A stretch of DNA of 64,000 bases from contig CP075494.1 of NCBI GenBank assembly GCA_021613535.1, positions 13,082,001 through 13,146,000 on the forward strand. The letters run 5' to 3'. The stretch comes from Adineta vaga (lineage: Eukaryota; Animalia; Rotifera). Position numbers and translations under genes: made by a program. Every line of letters starts with the position of its first letter. Positions within the stretch are counted from its first letter, which is position 1. The notes under the pieces are model-generated. The model worked only from the letters and a program-made list of their open reading frames with translations. It had not been told where the DNA came from and made no database searches. Shown piece by piece: positions 15,426 to 29,256 of this stretch.

Positions 15426-16255
15426 GTGATTACAAAAATGAATATTATCAAAGCAAGACATAATGTGTGGTATACTGCTCAAGCTCTCAAACCAGGTTCG
15501 AAAGTGAGTTTGAGAGCTATTTTTACCTTCATATGTATATATGTATAACACATCATATGCTTGCTCACACTTGATGAAGTACAAATAGTGGATTATAATG
15601 CATGCCCTAAAGTTTATGAATAATCAGATGAAACCAATGTTCGAATATTAATACACAGAATACTCTCGTATTATTGATAAATCTTTTAACGATCGATGTA
15701 GTCTAAAATTTGTGCATCGAAATCAACGATTGTCGGTTTAGTGATAGTCATTGATTTTAAGTTATTTGGTGTCTCATATTCGTCATATTTATTCATTCTC
15801 TCTTTGTTGACCTCTATAACAGATTTACTAGTATTTAAAGAAGTCTTGTTCAATAGAAAATTTCCATGAAATGAGACTAAATTGTTAACTAATATTCTTA
15901 TGAATTTAATTCCATAGCCTAGTAGTTGGTCATGTTGGCAATGGTAATTTTCATGTTACTTTATTGTTTGATTTCAAAAATGCCAAAGAAATCGAACGTG
16001 CTCATGAATTTTCTAGACTTCTAGCTAGGTATGGATCCATCTATATTTTCATATGATATTCATATAGGTATTTATAGAGAATCATTACGTACGCATGGCA
16101 CGATTGCAGGTGAACATGGCATTGGACTTGGAAAGAAACACTTATTGATTGATGAATTTGGAGAACAAGGAGTTCATGTTATGAAAGTCATTAAATAAGC
16201 ACTTGATCTATTAAATATTTTAAATCCTAGCAAAGTTATTGATATGGACATCTGA
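15426..16255 (+). pseudogene. Degenerate 3' fragment of D-lactate dehydrogenase (partial tandem duplicate)
   Basis: KARHNVWYTAQALKPG after a 1-nt frameshift, [20 protein letters not shown] with in-frame TAA at 16196; no 5' exons found. Confidence 0.85.
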
Positions 16256-16349
16256 ATTTCTGGACTAATTTTTGGTTCCAGTTATCATTCTTTTGATAAA
16301 TAATATGCTTACTAAACTGATGTTATATTTCCTTTTAATTATTCTAGAA

Positions 16350-19144
16350 ATGAATATCTTGAAAGTTCGAAGTGTACCAATTTCAAACGTCTTCCGCACG
16401 GTATTAGTTCTTTTAAATTATCATAAAATTTATTATATCAACTCTTTGCTGTTCAGATCGCGCATCGACATGCTTCTTCACAAACTTTAGTAAACGATTT
16501 GAAGGGCATCGTTGGAAATGAAAACGTCTCCAACACTGCTGCTGTTCGTGAACAACATAGTCATGACGAGTCATACCATGCGTATGTCACATCATTCTAT
16601 CACATATATCTCATACCATTTTGTTCTAGTGGTCACGAACCCGATGTTGTTGTGTTTGCACAAAGTACTGATCATGTCTCACAAGTTGTCAAATATTGTG
16701 CATCGAATCGTATTCCTGTCATACCATTTGGTACTGGTACAGGTTTAGAAGGTAAATTCATGTTCACTATAGTAGTCATAAAGTATGAATTTGTTCATTC
16801 TACGACATGTAGGTGGTGTCACTGCTCCTAAAGTGTGTATACAATCATCATTCGATTTCCCTCTGAATATTTCTACTTGTTCAATAACTAGGGTGGTGTT
16901 TCTCTGAACTTGAGTCGAATGGACAAGGTTCTTTCTGTCAATGCTGAAGATTTCGACTGCACTGTTCAAGCTGGTGTCACTCGAAATGCACTCAATTCTT
17001 TCATTCGTGATACTGGTCTACAGTTTCCCATTGATCCAGGTGCTGATGCATCACTTGGTGGAATGTGTGCAACAAGTGCATCAGGAACTATGGCTGTTCG
17101 ATATGTGTGTAGAATGATTGAGAGATTGTATGTGTCATGTGTCTGTTTTGATTAGGGAACAATGCGAGAAAATGTCATTAACATGGAAGTTGTTTTGGCT
17201 GATGGTAGTGTTATCAAAACATCTGGTCTGAAAGGACGAAGTCGAAAAACATCAGCAGGATACAATCTAACAAATCTGTTTGTTGGTCAAGAAGGAACGT
17301 TGGGTATCATCACTGAAGCAACTCTGAAACTACATGCAACGCCAGAAGCGGTATGTTCACATTGAGGCAAAATAGGGAAAGAATGTTTGTTGTATAAAAG
17401 GTGTTAGCTGCTGTTGCACCATTCAAAGATTTTCAAGCAGCAGTCGATGCAACGGTCGCAATAATGCAAAGTGGTTTACCAGTAGCTCGAATCGAATTTC
17501 TTGATGAGAAGATGGTTGATGCATGTAATCGTTTTTCGAAACTACATCTGGATGTTGCACCAACATTATTTCTTGAATTTCATGGAAGTAATAGTAATAT
17601 CGAAACTCAAGGACAACTTGCAGGTAGATCAAAGAGTGTTTTTATACAATACGATGCTTTATGTATCTTTTTCACATTCTATCATTATAGAGGAAACATG
17701 TAAATCATTTGAATGTCTCAAATTTGATTTTTCTACAGAACCTGATAAGCGTAATGAATTGTGGAAAGCAAGACACAACGCATGGTATGCTGCTCAAGCA
17801 CTTAAGCCAGGTTGTAAAGTACGTTAATAACAAAATGGACGTATTGCCTTGAATAGGCTCTAAGGTCATATTAGTCATAAAATAAAGTGTTGTTTTGATT
17901 ATCGCTCATGCGTAACTACTTTGTTTAGACATGTAGAGTATAAATAGATAGTGAGAACGATAAAGACAATTATATACACATCTGAAATCATATTGGCGAG
18001 TCATGAATAAGAGGTAAAGCGTACATTAATGTATGTACGAAGGTAAATTTATGATAAAGAATTGCTCTTATTCTATATGTATAAGTGTCAGAACAATATT
18101 AATTGGTATGCAATGTGCGAAGTAGTACAAAGGATATTTTTTGAGTACAGAGTCTGTTGCGTTTATCTGTTTTACAAGAAAAATGTGTCTTTGAAATTAT
18201 TTTGTTAAAAGCCATGAGGTGGGAAGTTCCCACTTATTTAACATATGTTTGGTATTCGAAAAATAATAATTATTTTACATATCTTTTTAGTATCAAGATA
18301 AAAACGCTTAGTATTAAAGTATGAAGTAAAACAACAAACATACTTGTTTTCATTTTTTCATATTCTGGATTAAGGTTAAACTAGTAAGTAGAACATTTTG
18401 AGAAGCTTTCATAGTCATCTATTCAATTCTTCCTCGATTCAATACATCAAGGGTATCATTCTCCGATTATTGAGATGTTAATAGATTTTACTCGGGAGAT
18501 ATCCATTCTACTAACTAAACCCCAGATAAATTCATTAGCTTCGCTACAAATGGACTCTCCTATGGAACATAAAGACTTTGTTTTCTTCGATTTTCTATGC
18601 AGATAGCCAAAAATTCTGTCTACTGAAGAGTTTATCTATTATGAAAGAAGAAATTTCGATTTATTTGTAGGGTTACAGTACCGATGTTTGTGTTCCAATT
18701 AGTGCTTTGCCCGGGATAATTACATTTGCTAAAAATGAATTAAAACGATTAAATTTATTAGGGTAAGTTAATTGATATATGCATGTCTTGTACATTCTTG
18801 AATTCGTTTCCTTTAGACCTATTGTCGGTCATGTTGGTGATGGTAATTTTCATGTATTTGTTATTGTTGATCCAAAAAATCCCCAAGAAATCGAACGAGT
18901 TCATGAATACAGTATGGTTTTAGCCAAGTATGTTTACTGATAGTTGAAAAATCGTTTCTTGTATTCTATAATGTATAGAGAATCGTTACGAGTATGCGGT
19001 ACAATTACCGGTGAACATGGTATTGGACTTGGTAAGAAGAAATTATTAATTGATGAATTCGGTCCAGCAGGTATCAATACGATGAAAGCTATTAAAAAGG
19101 CACTTGATCCATTGAATATTCTCAATCCTGATAAAGTTATATAA
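16350..19144 (+). CDS. LDHD: Mitochondrial FAD-linked D-lactate dehydrogenase
   Basis: [79 protein letters not shown]; one ~850-nt intron (17819-18670). Confidence 0.95.
18219..18233. promoter_or_regulatory. Palindromic kB-like site GTGGGAA-G-TTCCCAC in the long LDHD intron
   Basis: Contains GGGAAGTTCC (fits GGGRNNYYCC); ~1.35 kb upstream of RHD gene A. Function untested. Confidence 0.35.
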
Positions 19145-19398
19145 TTAACTTCGGTGAATAGACATTTTCTTTGCTGATTTCCATAGTGCTTTCTTTAGTG
19201 AGATAGAAAATAGTGTAAGGTGCAAACGAAAGTTTAGCGTAGTGATTTTCTTTCTTTTTTCAGTTGCTTTCTATTTCAATTATTAATTCGTTATTTATTA
19301 CTTCTTTCGATTGTAACGTGTTCGATAAAATCTACCCTGTACACACGTTGATCATGTTTCTTTTTTCTTTCTGTATCATTTGTTTGTTATCCTTCATA

Positions 19399-19416
19399 TG
19401 ACGTGGGGAAGTTTTT
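19399..19416 (+). promoter_or_regulatory. TGACGTGG (UPRE/CRE-like) overlapping GGGGAAGTTTTT (insect-type kB-like) upstream of RHD gene A
   Basis: Motif match ~180 nt before the ATG at 19589. Confidence 0.3.
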
Positions 19417-19588
19417 TTTACTGCGCCATATTAACTAAAATGAACTACACCGCCTACGCCTTGTGGACAAAATGCTCGACGTAGGAGTTTTGAAGAAATA
19501 TATATAGGTATATAAGTTGATCTCTATTAACTCTCAGAAAGAAACTATTGTAGATAATTTATCATTGAAAATTTACACAATAAATACA

Positions 19589-22169
19589 ATGGCAAATACA
19601 GTATCTTACGGTAAGAGATAAACAATATATGTGTATCATTGTATTCGTTTATTTGTATACTACAGATCCGGATGAACATTTATTTTCACCGTCCTTCGAT
19701 GCTGCTTATCGTGTTTTAAGTAAGTTTTTTTTTATTGAAACCAGTCAATATTGTTTATAATGATATATATTTTATTTAGGTGACACGAATTCACCCGATC
19801 TATTCGATCTAAGTTAGTATTTTACAATTTGTTATATCGAAATTCATTTCTTTCTGTTTAGGCAATAGTAATAGTCCGCCTTTCAGTGATCCATCTCAAA
19901 ATAGCAGTAATAGCTCACCACCTGAATCAAAATTATATTCACCAAGATCATTGGATACGTATCCGGAACCTAATTTTCTTGGAGATGGTATTGATGATTC
20001 TCTTCTTCGGGAACAAATCAATGAGAAACTACAAATTATTGCTCAACCCAAAGCGTTCTATCGTGAACGATACTGTAGTGAAACAGATCCAACTAAACAT
20101 CGAGCTCAACGTTTTATTCGTGCTGATGATGATACATGCAAATATGAATATCCAACTGTACAGGTAACAATCCGTTTTATTTATAGAATTTCATATTCTA
20201 TCTTAGTTTTTCTAAAGATTCCTACGAGATGGCGCAATTTAAATCGAAATTTATACATTCGAGTTACTTTAGTAACAGTTTTTTCTGAAAAAGTACCTGT
20301 TGTATGTATACATCCATATTCGATTGATACGCAAGAAGTTGGTGTTCTACGAAATGTACCGAATAATTCACTTTATTTTCCAATAACTCCTGAAGAAATT
20401 ATGCGTGGAGAAAAAAGGTATGAAATAAAATCCATCATCAAACTTACATTTCTACATCTTTCTGTTATTTTAGTTTTCGTATAAGTCGAAAGAAAATGAC
20501 TCAACATGATTTACGATCCTATGGACTTTTACGTTTATTCGATTTAAGTAAGAATATGAAAAATTTTCACGAAACAATATATTTCTCAATCGAAAACTTT
20601 TAGATCAACATGATATTCAACGTGTCTTAAACATTCATGATGCTAAACAAATTATTGAAACATATCAATTATGGAAATCACAACTTGTTTTTACTGTTGC
20701 TGAACGAAGCGCTAATGATCATTTTCCTTCTATAGTACCTATGACATCAGTAACATCTCAAATAATGTGCGATGAAGCTAGTTTACGACGAAGTGAGTTC
20801 GATTTAGTTTGTATTGAATTCCATTGGAATTTTATAACTTTTTTTTTTCTCAATTTTAGAAGATTCGTTGATGACGGAAACGTTACCTGTACCAGTAATC
20901 GATGAAGATACAGTTATATGTACACCGAGAAAAGGAAATTGGAATGGTGGTGATGAACTCTTATTGGTCATTCCTAAGCTTGATAGACGAAAAGGTAAGT
21001 GAAAGTTCGAATTTATCAACAAATATATATCTATTCATTTGTTTTGAATATTCTAGAATTTAATTTATATTTTGATTATGGTGCAATGGGACAATTAAAT
21101 AGTATTAGAGCATCATTTGTCGATATGAAAACAATTTTTTTTGAAACTCCTTCTTGTGCTGTATTGCCTGGTGAACAGAATCTTGCAGTACCTATCGTCG
21201 TTACACAGAATGATATGATTCTTGCAAGAGTTGAATTCGTTTATTTAGCACGTAAGTTAATTGAATTCATTGTAGAAAAGAAATCATCAATTTACTATTA
21301 CTTTTAGCGACTAAAACAAATTCAACTATATGTTCACGATGTCAACTTGATATCATGAATACAAATAATAATATTAATAATCAAACTAGTAATAAACGAA
21401 GATATTTACAATTAGAACCAATACAATTCGATGGAGGAGAAGAACTAGTTCGACAAATGAGTCTATTAACAACCAAAGAAGTAAATAAATCATATTTCAA
21501 TGATCTTAATTAATAATTATCTCTTTTAGAAACCTGTTCCATCGAACAAACAATCAAATAATGAAGGTAAAATCATATGATTTCAAAATATTTTCTCTTA
21601 TCTAATTTCTTTATTTTCTAGAATCAAATTCGAAATTTGATAAATATCTCAAACAATTACAAGAAGCTGTTGTTAGTTATGTTCGAACAAATAATCCATC
21701 AAAACTATTTCGTCGAACGCGTCTTCTCATTGCGAAATGGGAAGAAGATACACCACCTTTAGATGATGCTATTCGAAATGGACATATCGATCTTGCATTA
21801 AGACTTATCGAACAAACTGTTGATATGCCATCAGCATCGAATAATATACTTCAACGAGAAAATGATGATGGTCAAAATTCATTATTACTTGCTGCAAAAT
21901 TGAATCATTGGATTTTAATGGAACCAATTTTGAACAAACGTCCTGATCTTTTGGAAAAAACGGATAAATCTGGTAATAATATTTTACATCTACTTGCCAT
22001 GGTATCAGAAGATCGTGCTGTTGAAACAATTGAAAATATTTCCAAATTAATACCTGATGATCTGAAAGCAAAACTTTTAGATAAGAAAAATCAAGATAAA
22101 CAAACGCCTAAGCAAATTGCTCAAACGGAAAAAAATACTCAGTGTGCTTCTCTGCTTGTTACATCTTAA
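19589..22169 (+). CDS. Rel-homology gene A: RHD + IPT + NLS + ankyrin repeats (p105/Relish-like layout)
   Basis: LQIIAQPKAFYRERYCSE, YPTVQ, LYIRVTLVT, HPY; IPT TPRKGNWNGGDELLL...IFFETP...FVY; NKRR; ankyrins GQNSLLLAAK, GNNILHLLA, QTPKQIA. Confidence 0.85.
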
Positions 22170-22358
22170 TCATTTTGTTAGATATTTTTATCGCTTTACC
22201 CATGTTGGGTTTGTTTTTCAGTTTGTTTTTTACATATAATTAATAAAAAGTAATATTTATGCTTTATATGCAGGGAAACTCTTATGAATTATTTTACAAA
22301 AATACATAATTGAATGATGTTTGCTGTGTTAGGTACTTTTAGATTAATATATTAGAGA

Positions 22359-25170
22359 ATGTCTGAATTTACGTTTGATCCGGCAGATAGTATGGATATC
22401 AGAATCATATTTTTTTTTGCATTCCTTACTTGTCTTGTTTAGTCGATCTCTCTGATTGCGACGTTCCATCACCTCTTTTAAGTAAATGTTGTAAAAATAT
22501 ATACGATCATAATAATCATATACTTTACCTTTGAATAGGAGGGATACTTGACCAACCAAATTCAAATGAAGGTTTATAAATGTTCTTTCATTAAATAACA
22601 CTATTTCAATGTTTTCAGAAATTTTACTCACGTTTGATTCATTTACATCTTCTTCTAATACGAGTGAGTACTTGCGAATATATCCATTACTTGATTGTAT
22701 TATTCATCATAGATGATAGAAACTCTCTGGACTTTTCAAATGGATTCAATTCGAACTCCAATAATCAGGATATATTGACTGGTAGTTATATATATATATA
22801 TATATATATCTTGTGACCTAAACATATTCATTTAATATCTAATATTATTGCAGAAAATGCTGCTATGTTATCAGATATACAATATACTAATGATTGTATG
22901 AGTATCATTGCACAACCTACTTATACGTTCAGACTACGAACTCGTGATGAACATACAAAGGACAAACGTCATGATACTCTAACAGCAAAAGAACCCAATT
23001 CAAATTTTACAGGTCCAACAATCTGTGTAAATCATTTATTTTATTTTGACATTTTCTACTTCTTTACAAAATTTGCTTTTAGATTTTACCTAGTTATATG
23101 AATACGGACGAACAGTTTTATATCGGCATATTTCTTGTCACAGTGTTTCATAAAAATTCTCAGTGTCGTTATTTTCATCCATATGAACTCGATGATTTTG
23201 AAAGAACTATTCGTAATAGTGCAGACAATAGCCTTTGGTATCCAATTAATAAAGGAAGCTCTATAAATATTCAAAGGTATTGAATTTATTGAAGGTACTT
23301 TCTTTTTTTGTTGTTATATAGGATTCACAGCTTTCCAAATATCTGTATTTTAAAACAAACACAACAATATATTAAAACTAATGAAAATCTAAAACCATTT
23401 TATGGTTACAGTTAGTAAATAAATGTATAATGATAAAATTATTGTTTTCGCAATTCTATTAGCTCTGAATTCAAATTTATTCAGCTCCGCTGTTCCAAAA
23501 TCGATATCGGGAAGAAAATTAACTAAAGATTATGATCTTAAAAAAAGCCAGTTGGCATTTACAATTGGGAAGAAACGAGACTTAGAGAGTGAATTTCCTG
23601 TAATTCTTGATGATTGTATATTCGTCTATTCGGATGAAATGATAGAGATTAATGAAAAAGACAAACCTAAAAATAACAAAAATGTTGAATCAACTGCGGC
23701 ATCACAGCCACTACCTTCTATTCAACAAATCACCAGATATATTCCATCTTATGGCGATGCTGATGGCAATGAAAACATGGTTATCTTTTTACCAAAAGAA
23801 CGGAAAAAACTGAAATTAGCCGACTTACAAATCAGATTTGAATTCAATGAATATCCTTTTGCTAATCTCACTTCATATATAGTTGATAAAAGCACTGTTG
23901 AAATTGAAGATCAAGCGATACTTTTTAAAACACCGCCTTTTCCAGTCCGTATTTCAAGCCGTGTCGTTATCAAAATAATTGTGCAGAAGGGAAAAAAAAT
24001 CTTTGATCCAATAGATTATGAGTATCGATCAAAATGTAAAAGACGCGTCTCTTTTTTATATTTTTGTTACATATTTTGTTTTTAATTTAGATGAATACTC
24101 TTCAACTTCATCGACTAATCGAAATAAACGTTCAAAATATAGTCTTGTCGCACAATCCGATGACACTGATGCGGTGGTACCTATCGTTGGTACTAAACCT
24201 GTTTTGCAACAATGCAAATCAGAACCGGTTAGTTGTACTCATTCGTAATTTGACATATCATCACCTTATAATACTTGTAGGAATGTTATTCATCAAACGC
24301 ATGTGAGTAGTTCTAACTATGTCATTTAGCTTTTCTTTCTTGTCTTTTAACTCGTGATATGATTTTGTTCCAGCACCTCAATCATTAGTTAATAATGGTC
24401 GAACGAATATTAGTACTGACAAAATAATAGATAAACTTGAAGAGAGTGTCCGTTCATTGTTTATTGACAATGATTATACAATGTTTTTACGTCTTTGTCG
24501 ATCATTTATTCGCCAAAAACCTCACTTACTTCATCAAGCTATTGATAATAATCATTCAGATCTTCTAACAAAATTCATTCCTGGTACCAATCTTAATTTA
24601 TTCTATCCGAAAAATCATCTTGGTGAATCTGTTCTACTTCATGCTGTTCGTCTCAATCGTCTTAGTGTAGTGAAAGCTCTTCTGGAACGACAAAACTCGG
24701 ATAAACTCGTTAATGATGTTACAAATGATGGACAGAATATTTTACATATTGTAGCAAAGAACAAAGATTCGAAAGAAATGCTTGATGTATTAATTGATTA
24801 TTTTGACAAAGAAGCGATTGATATCAAAGGAAGGTTTGATAAAGTTGATAATAATGATAATACACCATTACAATTGGCGATTATCAACAATAATCTATCA
24901 GCTACACAAGTTTTGCTCAAATTTGCGAATAAAACTGTATGCAACAGAAATGGTGATGATCTCATCCAACTTGCTACTCGTTATGGTGATTCACAATTAT
25001 GTGAATGCTTATTAGTTGATGAAGATTTAAAAAAGCAAACAAATGAAACGAACTCAAAGTTACCGCCAATTGAATCCGCTCAACCAACAGAACGTGATGG
25101 GACAGTGGAACATCTGAATAAATTATATACGAAACTTGAAATTCGTACCGGTGAAAATTCCGATGAATGA
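22359..25170 (+). CDS. Rel-homology gene B: RHD + IPT + NLS-like + ankyrin repeats
   Basis: Consistent spliced frame from MSEFTFDPAD; SIIAQPTYTFRLRTRDE, GPTIC, IFLVT, HPYEL, SFPNICI, YDLKKSQLAF; IPT PSYGDADGNE...ILFKTPPF; ankyrins GESVLLHAVR, GQNILHIVA, NTPLQLAI. Confidence 0.82.
24484..24842 (+). repeat. 359-bp ankyrin-coding tract, copy 1 (copy 2 at 28858-29216)
   Basis: Direct comparison by eye shows 3 substitutions and no indels. Confidence 0.93.
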
Positions 25171-25609
25171 TTTAATCCATAACGTGTTTTCATTTCAGTT
25201 CTAAAATACTCTAATTCGACGGTACAAAACCTGAGCGATAGTGTTTATTTTCTTTTTGTCTAATCATTTCGTTTTCAGCCAAGAAACAATTTTTATAACT
25301 TATTTAATCTAGATACCTATTTTTTTCCTGTTTTTGCGATGTTAATCAATATTCTTGAAATATATACATTTTCTAAGCTAATAAAATCATTCAATGTAAT
25401 TCTCAATGAGGTGAAGAGGAAGATTTGCGCGTTATTCAAAGAGATGTTAATACAGTTGTAGGAGAAATGAACACTAACCATGCTTTTCGTTTTGTTGATT
25501 GAATTCGACTTTAATATAAATTTAGTTTGATGTAAATGAAACGAGCTTTTGTTCATTGGTATACGTGTGAAGGCAATGGAAGAAATGATTTCGATACAAT
25601 TCAAGAAGA

Positions 25610-26029
25610 TCATTTATTTGAAAAGAAGACAAATACAATAAATACAATACATACATAGAAGTTTGATTTCATAGATAATGCCGCATTTATATGCTGATTG
25701 TTACAAAAACGGGTAAAGCAACATGTAACGCTCATAAATGAAGTAGTATTTTGTAACATCTGCTGACATAATGTATTTTCTATCATCATCCATATCCATT
25801 TTTGTGTTTTTGATTCTTGTTCTTGTGTCGTACAGATTGTGTCGTTTATAGTACAAGTATATTTGTAACTTGTACATGCACATGTGTCATTACCACATTT
25901 TCCTCCCCATACACTACTATCTAATAGTATAATAGGAGTGTAAGAATTCGACATTCCATGATAACAAATGAGACTCGATGCGTAAACAATACTACATATC
26001 AACAATATAAGTTGAAAGATTTGATTCAT
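25610..26029 (-). CDS. Intronless Ly6/uPAR (three-finger)-like protein, probably GPI-anchored
   Basis: Signal peptide, mature start LICY, 10 Cys ending CCFTRFCN, hydrophobic C-terminal tail. Confidence 0.75.
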   Translation of the reverse strand: MNQIFQLILLICSIVYASSLICYHGMSNSYTPIILLDSSVWGGKCGNDTCACTSYKYTCTINDTICTTQEQESKTQKWIWMMIENTLCQQMLQNTTSFMSVTCCFTRFCNNQHINAALSMKSNFYVCIVFIVFVFFSNK

Positions 26030-26595
26030 TTCTGTCAGAACGAATATTGAAAGAAAATTACACGTATGATAAAAATCGATATACTGGGTTCATATATATA
26101 TATACATGTATATAATAAATAAAATGAAGGATTTGTTAAATCATCCTTGTGCGCTATTCTATTGCCATTTTAGTTCCTTCTATTCAGTATAATATACAAC
26201 CTCTCTTTTTTTGTATTCAGGTCGTCAATCAATCGCTACCTATGGCAACTGTGTACGAGTTAATTCATTGAAGAACAAGTAGTGAATAGAGAAAAAATGC
26301 GTAGCATTAGTATGACCTCTTATAATTGTGACATTTCAGAATGAAGGTTGCACATGGAAGAATTTGTGTCGAATTCAAAGCCTTCAATACTTATTGCTTC
26401 CATCTAACATAGAGTTTAGTTAAATAGTACATCTTTTACAAATACGAATCACTTTGCATTTTGAAAAATGAGAGTGCAAAAAAGGCAACATAGTGATATA
26501 TATATACTCCGAACTTTCAAAACAAAGAAAACTGAAAAAGATTTAAAAAATATATCAATAAGTCATACAATAACATAGCATTTGAAGTAGACTAT

Positions 26596-26607
26596 CATGA
26601 CGTCATG
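26596..26607. promoter_or_regulatory. Perfect CRE palindrome CATGACGTCATG between the divergent Ly6-like gene and RHD gene C
   Basis: TGACGTCA core within a 12-bp palindrome. Confidence 0.35.
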
Positions 26608-27144
26608 TAAACTTTATAATTTAGTCCAGAAAGACAAAAAAGTATCGTACTATGTGGCATACTTTAGTAATAAATTACTTGTTAATTTTGTTTGAGAAAT
26701 AGATTCAAACGGTGTAGTTACTATTTGATTGAGGTTACAATAGAAAGAGTGATGAAGATAGATGAAAATGCAAGGCAAGTTTGTAAACAAAAATATTTTC
26801 TCCAGTGCCTTCAGAATGTATTTTCATTTATATTCTAACTAGAAGACATTTAAATGATGGAAGGTATGTTTACCAATGCATTATCATGTAAAGGATACGT
26901 AATAAACTCCACGCAAGATAATATATATGACTGTCCCAGTATGGGAAACTATGATGAATAATAGTGAAAATGAAATGAGTAAACAAAACCCAGTATGGAT
27001 ATTTGGGCTTTTTCCCAAAAATATTCATTGGGTATATTTAAGCATAGAGTCAGATTATAAAAACCATGTATTCAACTACGAGTAAATAAATCTCTAACTC
27101 AAAATATATTCTGTATTTATTATTGTTATTGATAATACTTCAAT

Positions 27145-29256
27145 ATGAACTTAAATTATTCAGATCCATCAAATAGTATGTTCGAACTATCATAGATTAG
27201 AATATATTTACCTTGTTTTTCAGCGTCACTTTTAGGACAAACTCAGCTACAGACTGAATCATTGGAAATCATTGCACAACCATATTACACATCTAAACTA
27301 AGATATCGATCCGATTACAAAAGTAATCAAAATCGTCGTGGAGTTCTTCATAGTCAAAATAATCCCAATTATAAAAGTCCTGCTATTCGAGTATGTTTGT
27401 TATCTGTATTATCTGTATTCTACGATTGTTGTTTACTTCAGATTCCAAATGCCTATCTTCCTTTTGCTGAACAATATTTCATCCGTGTCTGTCTAGTAAC
27501 GATTGAAAATGAGAATACCAATTGTCGTTATATACATCCGTATGATCTTGAAGATGTTGAAAACAATCAATATAATGATCGACATAATAGAGTTATTTGG
27601 TATCCAGTTCTAGAAGAAGATGTTGGTGGAATTAAATGGTATGACAGAATATCTGTTTATATAGGTATATATATATATTCTTTCTTTGATTTAGTTTTCC
27701 AAATTTACGAGTAGTAAAGAAAAAAGCAGATGATTTAAAAAACTGTGGTGATTTACGAATATTCGATTCTTCAAGTAGGTTCTTGCTTTATATTTTTAAC
27801 GAAAAAAATATCAAAGAGTTATTTTCAGCTGAACAATCAACACCTCAATTATCGTCGGTAAAACTGACTATCAAAGAATACAATCTTGACAAAGCACAAA
27901 TAGCATTTACAGTTGGAAAGAAAATCAATGATAATGGTATCTTTTCAATGATTTTATTTTCTTCGACAACAGTTTTTTCCGATGAAATGAGTGAAAGTAC
28001 TGTTAGGGATGTCGATCCAGATAATGTTCCCACTGAATCAAATACTAATGAATCAGCTCATTGTAATATGTACAAATATACACCTCGAAGTGGTTATCAA
28101 AATGCCAACGATGAAGTACTTATTTTTTATACAACAAAACTAAAATTAAAAAAATACGGAGGTTAGACAATCTTACATATGTTTATTGATCAGTTAACTT
28201 GATTCTTCTTTGTAGATTTACAAGTAAAATTTGAATGTGAAAGACCAGATGGTTTATGGTCACAAACTGTTTCAGATCTCGAAGTGAAAGATCAAATGGT
28301 ATCATTTCGAACACCAACATTTGAATATCCTATTGATCAAATTACACCTGTCAACATTGTTTTACGTCAAAAAAGAAGAACGCTAGAATCACTTATATTC
28401 TATTATATCCCGATAGGTAAATTGAAATATAATTTTCTATTATTCTATTCGTTGTCATAACTATTTCACTTTAGATCAATGTTTAAATTGTCAAAGACGT
28501 ATTATCGAACAATCGAATACATTAGAAACAGCAACGAATGAAAATAAACGACGTAGATTGACATTATTTGACGATGATGAAACAACAGATAAAACCACTG
28601 TAATTCAAGAAGCACATTTAGAATCTGTAAGTCAAAATCTAGATAAAAGATGTAACCTACTATTTACTGTAGGAGCATCCATCATTTTCCAATACGGTAA
28701 TTCCATGTAAGTGTGTCGATGAATATGAATTTGATTCGAAATGTAATCTGTTTTTGTAGTTTCTATGCCACCATTTAATCATGATAAACCTCAAGTATTT
28801 TTGAATATGATTGCAGATAGTATAGAAAATCTATTTTCCAATAACGATTTAAAACCATTTTTACGTCTTTGTCGATCATTTATTCGCCAAAAACCTCACT
28901 TACTTCATCAAGCTATTGATAATAATCATTCAGATCTTCTAACAAAATTCATTCCTGGTACCAATCTTGATTTATTCTATCCGAAAAATCATCTTGGTGA
29001 ATCTGTTCTACTTCATGCTGTTCGTCTCAATCGTCTTGGTGTAGTGAAAGCTCTTTTGGAACGACAAAACTCGGATAAACTCGTTAATGATGTTACAAAT
29101 GATGGACAGAATATTTTACATATTGTAGCAAAGAACAAAGATTCGAAAGAAATGCTTGATGTATTAATTGATTATTTTGACAAAGAAGCGATTGATATCA
29201 AAGGAAGGTTTGATAATGATGATAATACATCATTTCAACTAGCATCTCTCAATTAA
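27145..29256 (+). CDS. Rel-homology gene C: RHD + IPT + NLS + truncated ankyrin tail
   Basis: LEIIAQPYYTSKLRYRSD, SPAIR, IRVCLVT, HPYDL, FPNLRVVKKK, YNLDKAQIAF; IPT TPRSGYQNANDEVLI...VSFRTPTF...FYYIP; NKRRR; ankyrin exon. Confidence 0.85.
28858..29216 (+). repeat. 359-bp ankyrin-coding tract, copy 2
   Basis: Near-identical to 24484-24842. Confidence 0.93.

Noticed and set aside
14891-15463. Short hydrophobic ORFs in UTR/intergenic DNA (also 48186, 53210, 62177, 62666)
   Set aside because: Low-complexity AT-rich translations with no motifs or splice support.
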